The notes under the pieces are model-generated. The model did no database searches. It was not told the origin of the DNA and saw nothing but the letters and a program-made list of their open reading frames with translations. A stretch of DNA of 52,567 nucleotides, from positions 1 to 52,567 of IMG/VR virus record IMGVR_UViG_3300034104_007004; one strand, 5' to 3'. A program made the translations under genes and the position numbers. This DNA comes from a virus (taxonomy: Duplodnaviria; Caudoviricetes). Shown in pieces: positions 45,287-52,567 of this stretch; the stretch's first letter is position 1, and every line of letters starts with the position of its first letter.

Positions 45287-46042
45287 CTATTTTGTGCAAA
45301 TAAAGGTAATTTTATAATCAGTTGCTTTTGCAATTTCTTGGTCGTCAAATTTGGGTATTATATTCAAAACTTTCATTCCTGAAATCTCAATCAAAGATTT
45401 TAAAATATCTGGTGTCCAAAGTTTGTGTAAAATACCGTATTTGAAATTGTCCACTTTTTCATTTTCAGAAAAAACATCCACATTAGTTTCCACCAAAGAC
45501 CATGAATCAAAAAGATTCGTAGTGGTTTCTGATTGTAGTTCTAAAGTATACCAATCATAGTTAATAAACTTCTTTTGAATTTCAGTTGGTAATTCAATTC
45601 TACAAGCGGTACCATTCCAACAATCAAAAATGAAAGTACCACCCTCGTTTAACTTACATTTTACGTCTTCAAAGAACAAGGATAAATCTTCGAGTGTCTG
45701 AATGTGATTCACCACATTAAACATAGAAATCACAGTATCGAACCTACCTTCAACATCACTTACACTACCATTATGTAATTCAATGTTTGTGATGTTGTTT
45801 TGATTAATTTTTTTCTGAGCTTCGTTTAACATTGGTTCAGACAAATCGACCCCAACAACTTTTCTGAAGTATTCGGAAAGATAAATTGAATGATTGGCAG
45901 TTCCACAACCAATATCTAACAAAGAGTCTTTGTTTTCTGAGTGTCGATATATTAAATTGGATTCAATTTCATAATCTTTATCGATATGAATTGTGTCGTA
46001 GTATTTTGAATATTTGTCAAAATATGTTTCAGACATTTGCAT
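45287..46042 (-). CDS. Class I SAM-dependent methyltransferase
   Basis: LLDIGCGTA, VGVDLSEPML, GGTFIFD. Confidence 0.9.
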   Translation of the reverse strand: MQMSETYFDKYSKYYDTIHIDKDYEIESNLIYRHSENKDSLLDIGCGTANHSIYLSEYFRKVVGVDLSEPMLNEAQKKINQNNITNIELHNGSVSDVEGRFDTVISMFNVVNHIQTLEDLSLFFEDVKCKLNEGGTFIFDCWNGTACRIELPTEIQKKFINYDWYTLELQSETTTNLFDSWSLVETNVDVFSENEKVDNFKYGILHKLWTPDILKSLIEISGMKVLNIIPKFDDQEIAKATDYKITFICTK

Positions 46043-46961
46043 AGGGGTCGTTGTATTTTATAGTTTTTATACCTCTAACAAGTTCATCGATTCCTTCCTC
46101 AAGTGAGATTGTAGTTTCAAATCCGAGACTGTTAATTTTGTCGTAAGAAACTACATAATCTCTTTTATCGGCATCCATTCCGATATCTGCCAAGTGTAGG
46201 TAGTAATCGACTTTACTCTGAATTAGATTACAAACATCACGTTTGCTGTAGTTCATTGAATTTCCACCAACATTATAAATTTCACCTGTCATTTTTTTTT
46301 CGTTTTTGATGGCAAATTGGAATGAACGGGCAATGTCTTTTACGTGTATAAAGGTTCTCATAAAATGAGACTCATAAACTACAATGTATTTTTGATTAAT
46401 TGCTTTATTAACAAAATCATTAATCAATAAGTCCAATCTCAATCGAGGAGATAATCCAAAAGCGGTTGCGAATCTATATGCCGTAGAGTTCGAATTTTCA
46501 ATGAGGTACCTCTCAGCCTCTGTTTTGGTTTCTCCATATAAACTAAGTGGATTGAGTGGGGTTTCCTCTGTACAGATTCCCTCTTTTACCGCTCCGTAAT
46601 TACTACCTGTAGAACCAAACAAAATGTATTGTTCAGGACGTAACATATCAACCAATCTCTTGGTAGATTCCAAATTCACCTCTTTAGCTAAAACTTGATT
46701 TTTTTGACATGCTGGGTAACCAACAATTGCCGCTAAGTGAATTATGACATCATGGGATTGAACGATTGGCTCAAGTTTTTTAGTGTCCCTGATATCACCC
46801 TCAACGAAAGAAAAATTGGGATTTATAAAGTTGGTGAATAAACTATTTCCACCAAACATAAGACTATCGTATACGGTAACTTGGTATCCAGACTTAAGGA
46901 GTTCAGGTACTAAAACACTACCGATATATCCAGCACCTCCTGTAACTAAAATTCTTCTCAT
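46029..46961 (-). CDS. NAD-dependent nucleotide-sugar epimerase/dehydratase (extended SDR)
   Basis: ILVTGGAGYIGS, IHLAAIVG, YGETK (YxxxK). Confidence 0.92.
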   Translation of the reverse strand: MRRILVTGGAGYIGSVLVPELLKSGYQVTVYDSLMFGGNSLFTNFINPNFSFVEGDIRDTKKLEPIVQSHDVIIHLAAIVGYPACQKNQVLAKEVNLESTKRLVDMLRPEQYILFGSTGSNYGAVKEGICTEETPLNPLSLYGETKTEAERYLIENSNSTAYRFATAFGLSPRLRLDLLINDFVNKAINQKYIVVYESHFMRTFIHVKDIARSFQFAIKNEKKMTGEIYNVGGNSMNYSKRDVCNLIQSKVDYYLHLADIGMDADKRDYVVSYDKINSLGFETTISLEEGIDELVRGIKTIKYNDPYANV

Positions 46962-47473
46962 AGGTAATCTACAAATTGGTCTCTTTGTGAGAGAATCGGA
47001 TTATTGATTGGGAAATATGCCCCCACTTTTGGGTCGTCCCACTTTACGGTGAATTGTTTTCCCTGTCCCTCATAAAGGGTTGATTGTTTGTAGTGGAACA
47101 TTGCTGTTTCACTCATAACCAAGTGGGCGTTTCCGAACATTGGTGGGATGAGAATCTGTGTTCTGTTTTTATCGTTTAAGGCGAATGATTCCCACTTAAG
47201 ATAAGTAGGACTATCAGGTCTCATATCAACAATCACTTGATACAAACTTCCATAAAGACAAGAAATCAACTTGTGTGTGTTTTGGTCTCCGTGGAAACCT
47301 CTTAGGGTGTGTCTTACTGAAACACTAATATCATCTTGTTTAAACTCTACACCGAATTGTTGGTAAAGTTCAACATTCCACGTCTCAACATATTCACCAC
47401 GAAAATCTTGGAAGATTTCGGGTTGTATAATTTTTACATCTTCTCCGAAGACTTTACTATAATTAAATTTCAT
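46958..47473 (-). CDS. rmlC: dTDP-4-dehydrorhamnose 3,5-epimerase-like cupin
   Basis: FQDFRG, QDDISVS...LRGFH, VDMRPDSPTYLKW, IPPMFGNAH, WDDP, ILSQRD. Confidence 0.88.
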   Translation of the reverse strand: MKFNYSKVFGEDVKIIQPEIFQDFRGEYVETWNVELYQQFGVEFKQDDISVSVRHTLRGFHGDQNTHKLISCLYGSLYQVIVDMRPDSPTYLKWESFALNDKNRTQILIPPMFGNAHLVMSETAMFHYKQSTLYEGQGKQFTVKWDDPKVGAYFPINNPILSQRDQFVDYL

Positions 47474-48206
47474 TTTTTTCTAAATAAATTGTAAAACTGG
47501 GGTCTATTGGTTTATGAGTTTTGATGACTTTGTAGCCATTCATTTCTGCAAACTTTTTCATGGTTGATTGTGAAAAATAAAATAAATGGTCTCCGTCTTC
47601 GGTAATTTGTTTCCATTCTGATTTCAGAGTGTTATGAGTTTCCGATTCGATATCATGAGTACCAATTACCAAAATCCCGTTCTGTTTTAACCTCTTATAA
47701 CATTCATCCAAAAATTTCTTAGGGTCATCTAAATGTTCGATAACGTTGAAACAAGTTATTACATCAAAATCGGTGTCTTCGAGATTTTCTAAAAGAGTTG
47801 TACTGAGATTTATCGGCTCGTATTTTTTTTGACCATATTCTATACATTCCTTGTTTGGGTCGATTCCTAAAGATTCAAATCCTAACTTGTTTGCGGAATT
47901 TACTAAGAAACCCATAGAACAACCCACATCTAATAATTTACCTTCTTTTTTAAATTCAGTGATAAATTCCATACGTTCATCACTTATAAATTCGAATTCT
48001 TCAATCCTGTCGTAAATGGACTTTTCTCCCTGTAAAATTTGGTAGGTTGTCCAATAATCATTTTCGTAGGCGAAGTCAACGTTTGGTCTATCTTCGATTA
48101 CTGAATAAATAAATTCACAATCACACTTTATAATCTTGTTATTGTATTTTGGGAATTCGTAGATAACCTCACCCCCATGTCCACCACATAATAAACAACT
48201 TACCAT
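47463..48206 (-). CDS. SAM-dependent methyltransferase with N-terminal Cys motif
   Basis: CLLC...CDC; LLDVGCSMG; FNVIEHL. Confidence 0.88.
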   Translation of the reverse strand: MVSCLLCGGHGGEVIYEFPKYNNKIIKCDCEFIYSVIEDRPNVDFAYENDYWTTYQILQGEKSIYDRIEEFEFISDERMEFITEFKKEGKLLDVGCSMGFLVNSANKLGFESLGIDPNKECIEYGQKKYEPINLSTTLLENLEDTDFDVITCFNVIEHLDDPKKFLDECYKRLKQNGILVIGTHDIESETHNTLKSEWKQITEDGDHLFYFSQSTMKKFAEMNGYKVIKTHKPIDPSFTIYLEKNEI

Positions 48207-49312
48207 TTTTTGAAATTATTAATCGATTTACAGATGAATTTTATTTGTTCTGTTGTTATACCCACCCATGATGGGAGACAAACACCTTCATCGTACAACC
48301 TTTCAGAAACGCTAAGGTCTTTTTTGTGTTTGAAAAATCTTAACAATGATGTGTCCTCATAACAAGGTTGTTTATGGAGAGGGTAGAAAAATGTTCTTGG
48401 TTCAACTCCTTGGTCTTGTAAATAAGCCATAAGTTGCGAGCTCCCACCTGGTACTGTAATACAAACTCTAAAAGGAATGTGAGTTGAACCTTCGAGTGGC
48501 TCAATAATGCGAATTGATGGGTCTAAGTATTTTTTGTAGGTTTCGAGGATTTTTTTCTTCTTTTTTACAATCTCGGGAAACTTGGTGAGTTGGACCAATC
48601 CTATTGCGGTTTGTAAGTCAGTCATACGAAAATTGTAACCAATTTCAGGGTGAATAAAACTTCCACGATTAATTCTTCCTTGGTTTCTCATATAAAGAAG
48701 TTGGTTGTAGATTTCTTCGTCGTTTGTAACAACTAATCCCCCTTCTCCTGTGGTCAATGTCTTGTCTGCAAAAAATGAAAAACTACCTACTTCTCCGAAA
48801 GTACCAGCTTGTTTTCCATTCCACTTCACACCAACCGCTTGAGCGGCATCTTCAACAACTTTGAGTTTGTGTTTTTTCGCAAACAACATTACCGCATCCA
48901 TATCACACGCCATCCCATAAATGTGGACTGGCATGATGGCTTTAGTTCTTTTTGTTACAAGTTTTGCGGCTTTCTTTAAATCAATGTGTAAGTCACTTTC
49001 TTGTACGTCACAGAAAACAGGTTTTGCCCCCACCATTTCAATGGCGTTTGCCGAAGCGATAAATGTAAAGTTAGGAACAATAACCTCATCCCCTTTCCCA
49101 ATACCGAGAGACTTGAGAGCCATGTACAAAGACAAGGTCCCGTTTGGTGCTAACACACCATATTTTACTCCCATCATTTTGAGGAGTTTATCAACAAACT
49201 CTTTTGACTTTGGACCTTCAGTAATCCAGTTAAGGTCAAAACAAGATTTTATTGCTTCGTATTCTTGATTATCAAGATAGGGTTGAAATTGGGGGATTTG
49301 ATATTGTGACAT
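48200..49312 (-). CDS. DegT/DnrJ/EryC1/StrS PLP-dependent sugar aminotransferase
   Basis: GDEVIVP.FTFIASANAI, VVEDAAQ, SFFADKTLTTGEGG, GYNFRMTD. Confidence 0.93.
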   Translation of the reverse strand: MSQYQIPQFQPYLDNQEYEAIKSCFDLNWITEGPKSKEFVDKLLKMMGVKYGVLAPNGTLSLYMALKSLGIGKGDEVIVPNFTFIASANAIEMVGAKPVFCDVQESDLHIDLKKAAKLVTKRTKAIMPVHIYGMACDMDAVMLFAKKHKLKVVEDAAQAVGVKWNGKQAGTFGEVGSFSFFADKTLTTGEGGLVVTNDEEIYNQLLYMRNQGRINRGSFIHPEIGYNFRMTDLQTAIGLVQLTKFPEIVKKKKKILETYKKYLDPSIRIIEPLEGSTHIPFRVCITVPGGSSQLMAYLQDQGVEPRTFFYPLHKQPCYEDTSLLRFFKHKKDLSVSERLYDEGVCLPSWVGITTEQIKFICKSINNFKKW

Positions 49313-49320
49313 GTTTAATT

Positions 49321-50694
49321 TTAGTATCTTTTTCTATTAAGGTAAACATTGAGGTCTTCAGGTGTTCCTAAACCCCACATTGTTTGAATTTCATAAGTTC
49401 TAATTTTTTTACCATCTTGGATTGCTTCATTAAAAACGGGACAAACATAAAACTCGTTGTTGACCCGAACATTCTTTTCAATCATTTGTTCGGCGTATTT
49501 TACGTAATCCGAACCTTTAGACCAATAATAAATCCCAACGGTTGCAATGTCAGATATAGGGTTTTTTTCCGCAACTTCTGTAACGTACCCATTCTCATCA
49601 AGTTTGGCGAAAGACCATTTGGGGTGAGTGGCTTTGAAAGTGACAATTCCACCATCAGAATTTGTTTCCGACATCTTATACATAAATTCGTTAGAGTCCC
49701 ACTCAATAAATTGGTCGGAGTTTGCCATAACCAAGGGAGAATCATTGTTGATGTATTCTTTAGCCAATAACGTAGTAACAGCAGCACCTTCAGTGATACC
49801 ATCAACTTCAACAATCTTACAACCAGGTGATACTAAATTAAGGAGGGCATCGAGGTTATACTTTTCACGATGACTTTTTTGTACGATGTAAATGAATGTT
49901 GCATCCATATTTATATTCTCACTCACCAATTTAATCATAGGTTCACCTTCGACATCAATTAGTGGTTTGGGAAAAGTGTATCCCGCTTTTTCAAATCTTG
50001 AACCTGCACCTGCCATAGGAATTAACACATTCAATTTATCATCCTTCCATTTAGGTGTTGTCATCATAACTTGTTTTTCTATTTCTTGTAATTTTTTATA
50101 GACATTTTTTACATTAACGTCTGAGGGATTTGCAACTCTCAAAATATGTGAATTAGTTCGAGATGCCGCTAACAAACCATAAGGGGAGTCTTCAACAATT
50201 AAAGTTTCTTCAGGCAAAACTCCCATTTTTGAAATACACTTCCAATACATTTCGGGGTGAGGTTTTGAATTTGAGACATCTTCGTTGGAAACGATGAAAT
50301 CAAAGAATTCAATAATCTCCAATTTAGACAGAACAGTGAGAACCGTTTTTCTAATTGAATTACTACAACACGCAATTTTATATCCTTTCTCAGAAAGTGA
50401 CGAAAAGAGTTGAATTAATTCGGAATTAGGTTCAAGACTACCGAGAAGGTTTAAAGTAATTCTTTGTTTTTCATCCCATATAGGTTTGTGATAATCTAAA
50501 GATAATCCTTTGTCCCTTGTCAACATATCTAATTTTTGTTGGGTTTTTAGTCCATCGAATTTACTCAGATGTTCGTTCCAATCAATTATACATGATTTAT
50601 CGAATTTTGAAATTGCCAAATTCAAAGCGTCATAATGAATATTCTTAGCCTCAACAAGAACTCCATCCAAATCAAAAATTATAAGTTTTATCAT
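49321..50694 (-). CDS. HAD phosphatase fused to a sugar-phosphate nucleotidyltransferase
   Basis: N-terminal IFDLDGVL...KPHPE...VEDS; C-terminal IPMAGAGSRF...PKPLI...GLGTPEDL. Confidence 0.9.
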   Translation of the reverse strand: MIKLIIFDLDGVLVEAKNIHYDALNLAISKFDKSCIIDWNEHLSKFDGLKTQQKLDMLTRDKGLSLDYHKPIWDEKQRITLNLLGSLEPNSELIQLFSSLSEKGYKIACCSNSIRKTVLTVLSKLEIIEFFDFIVSNEDVSNSKPHPEMYWKCISKMGVLPEETLIVEDSPYGLLAASRTNSHILRVANPSDVNVKNVYKKLQEIEKQVMMTTPKWKDDKLNVLIPMAGAGSRFEKAGYTFPKPLIDVEGEPMIKLVSENINMDATFIYIVQKSHREKYNLDALLNLVSPGCKIVEVDGITEGAAVTTLLAKEYINNDSPLVMANSDQFIEWDSNEFMYKMSETNSDGGIVTFKATHPKWSFAKLDENGYVTEVAEKNPISDIATVGIYYWSKGSDYVKYAEQMIEKNVRVNNEFYVCPVFNEAIQDGKKIRTYEIQTMWGLGTPEDLNVYLNRKRY

Positions 50695-51131
50695 TTGTAG
50701 TGTGAAATGTTATCTGAACATATACCAAGACAATCGAGCTTAATATACTTGTAATTTGTTTTTTCCGGTAAAACCCAAATACTATTTTTCGAGACTTTTT
50801 TACCAGGATAAACCCACGGGATTCCTTTGGAAGTTAATGTATAATCATCTTCTTGATGCCAAAAACAATGTATGTTTGGATTTTCAAGCATTTTAAAAAG
50901 AGAGTCTTCATTTTTTGCGTGACACCAAAACTTTTCATTTTCTAAAAAAGATTCCTCAATTGAATAAAATGGTTCGTCATGACCCAAATAAAATTTTCCG
51001 TCAACAAACCACACATCGATTTCTACTTCAAACCCTTTCTCCAGTGCGTTTAGAACATAATAAGGAGAGTTTTCTGAATTTGCTATTCGTCCATCAACAT
51101 TACCCCGATGTGAAATTAGAATCATAACCAA
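50691..51131 (-). CDS. GDPD/PLC-like phosphodiesterase
   Basis: ISHRGN, EVEIDVW, LGHD, WCHAKN, GICSD. Confidence 0.75.
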   Translation of the reverse strand: MVMILISHRGNVDGRIANSENSPYYVLNALEKGFEVEIDVWFVDGKFYLGHDEPFYSIEESFLENEKFWCHAKNEDSLFKMLENPNIHCFWHQEDDYTLTSKGIPWVYPGKKVSKNSIWVLPEKTNYKYIKLDCLGICSDNISHYK

Positions 51132-51826
51132 GAACGTAATTTTGAAACCTCATCATCAGACAAAACTTTTCTGTCTTTAGATATGAATCTTGGTTTTAAA
51201 AGTTTTATTTTCGAATCAATATTGAGTTCGAACTCATACTTACTTTTTACTTTTTGAGACCACTTAACATCTTCAGCTTGTCCCCACCTCAAACTTTCAT
51301 CGAGTGGAAACTCTATCATCACACTTTTTTTTGCAATCCAAAACCCTCCACTGAAATACATAAATTTCGTTAAATCTCTTACGTCGTATGGTAGTAAAGT
51401 TGTTGCATTAGAAAACATATTAATAATTTCCCAATCATGATATCGATTACCATTAATGTCGGTAATTGGATTCATGAGTAAATGAAAATCATTTCCATAT
51501 TTCAACATGTTTGCATACCACTCTTTATCTAAAGAATAATAGTCATGCATGAAAACAATATTTTCATACTTTGAATTTTCAATTATTAAATTTTTCTTTT
51601 TTGTTATCCAACCAAAATATGTTTGGTCATCGAAAGGAATATGTGTTAAATTGTTATACTCGGAATAAACGTGTTCACCACCAACAATAACAATTTCATA
51701 ATTCGGGATTTTTTGAACTTCAATCGTATTAATTATTTTTTTTATACGCTCATAAATTTTAAAACTTTCAAGGGATTCCCTGTGATTTTTTTCTGCCGCA
51801 GTAACAATTCCAAATGTAAAATCCAT
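51122..51826 (-). CDS. GT-A glycosyltransferase-like protein
   Basis: WITKKKNLI...YENIVFMHDY, AEDVKWS. Confidence 0.72.
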   Translation of the reverse strand: MDFTFGIVTAAEKNHRESLESFKIYERIKKIINTIEVQKIPNYEIVIVGGEHVYSEYNNLTHIPFDDQTYFGWITKKKNLIIENSKYENIVFMHDYYSLDKEWYANMLKYGNDFHLLMNPITDINGNRYHDWEIINMFSNATTLLPYDVRDLTKFMYFSGGFWIAKKSVMIEFPLDESLRWGQAEDVKWSQKVKSKYEFELNIDSKIKLLKPRFISKDRKVLSDDEVSKLRSWL

Positions 51827-52567
51827 TAGTCTAATTTTTTTATTTCAACTGTTTCATTTGACTTCATAACAGTATTATTAAGATATCGTTCCAAAGTCCA
51901 AGTTTCAGGTAAACGACCCACACAATAAATGGATTCAGTAATACCTAATTCAACAGTTCTATATCTAGTGATTGCGTGTCCTGATGGTAAATTAGTCAAA
52001 TCTCCACCATTTTTCTCAAGAAAATTCACGTATTCACTGTCCAAATTAAAATATTCATCGAGTCTGTCGTAAATTAAAGACCAATTTTTTATATTTCCAT
52101 AACCTGAAATAAACCAAGCATCCTGAAATCCTAAACCAAACTGATTATGAAACCAATGACTTACATAAAAATTTTCGGGTGACATAGATTCAAATGGGAA
52201 AGGTTGAAAAAAAATTGTGTCATACCTTGTCAGTAAAACAAGGTCGTAGTCTTCATCGACTAATTCAATCGCCTTCTTTATCGAATAAAACCTTGAATAG
52301 TTATTATTAAGGTAATCTTTTGTATTCCATGGACCATGAGGAACAAAGTCATAGTGTTTGTATGGGTGGTCAAAAGATATTTGTTTTTCTAACAAGTATT
52401 TTTTTGGTTTGTACAACTCCAAGAGTTTTTGACTTTCTTCAAAGTCATCATTCCAACCATGAAGGAAAACATCCACATTTTCTTTTAGTATGTTTTTTTC
52501 TAAAAATTCATAGGATTTTTCAAAAGATTGGATTTCCCCTCTTTTGTTTCTACCTGTAAATTTTCCA
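51826..52567 (-). CDS. Glycosyltransferase-like protein, 5'-truncated by the window end
   Basis: Frame stays open upstream of 52476 to the window end (GKFTGRNKRGEIQSFEKSYEFLEKNILKENVDVFLHGW); YDLVLLTRYD, FQDAWF. Confidence 0.7.
   Translation of the reverse strand, partial: GKFTGRNKRGEIQSFEKSYEFLEKNILKENVDVFLHGWNDDFEESQKLLELYKPKKYLLEKQISFDHPYKHYDFVPHGPWNTKDYLNNNYSRFYSIKKAIELVDEDYDLVLLTRYDTIFFQPFPFESMSPENFYVSHWFHNQFGLGFQDAWFISGYGNIKNWSLIYDRLDEYFNLDSEYVNFLEKNGGDLTNLPSGHAITRYRTVELGITESIYCVGRLPETWTLERYLNNTVMKSNETVEIKKLD

Noticed and set aside
1-52567. Stop-codon reassignment as in Lak or some crAss-like phages
   Set aside because: Core genes are full length under code 11, TAG and TGA terminate genes, and no suppressor tRNA is seen

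Overview
This AT-rich, densely coding window (standard code 11) is part of a large T4-like ('jumbo') tailed phage genome. The host is probably a Bacteroidota member, based on repeated TTTG-N19/20-TAnnTTTG promoters, a Bacteroidia-type bS21, a DUF4494-like gene and no obvious Shine-Dalgarno sites. Left to right: (1) 1-13.1 kb is an accessory and translation region with 7 intact tRNAs (one is an unusual Gly-ACC), a chimeric Asp/Gly tRNA, a tRNA-like element with no anticodon stem, a tmRNA with a non-canonical 21-codon tag, an 87-nt structured ncRNA, nucleases, a lytic transglycosylase and an M15-like peptidase. (2) 13.3-16.8 kb is a proteostasis block: an M28/M20-like peptidase and an N-domain-less ClpC, divergent from a double-UVR protein that sits behind a sigma54-like promoter with paired TGACA-N3-TGTCA sites. 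(3) 16.8-33.5 kb is head morphogenesis: terminase, portal, bS21, prohead protease, scaffold and major capsid protein. (4) 33.5-41.3 kb holds baseplate-type genes and a gp55-like late sigma factor. (5) 41.3-52.6 kb holds PhoH and a nucleotide-sugar/glycosyltransferase cluster that runs off the end. A TATTTAT motif precedes at least 14 genes, many of them structural, and is a candidate late promoter. All protein family calls come from motif recognition by eye, not from database searches.
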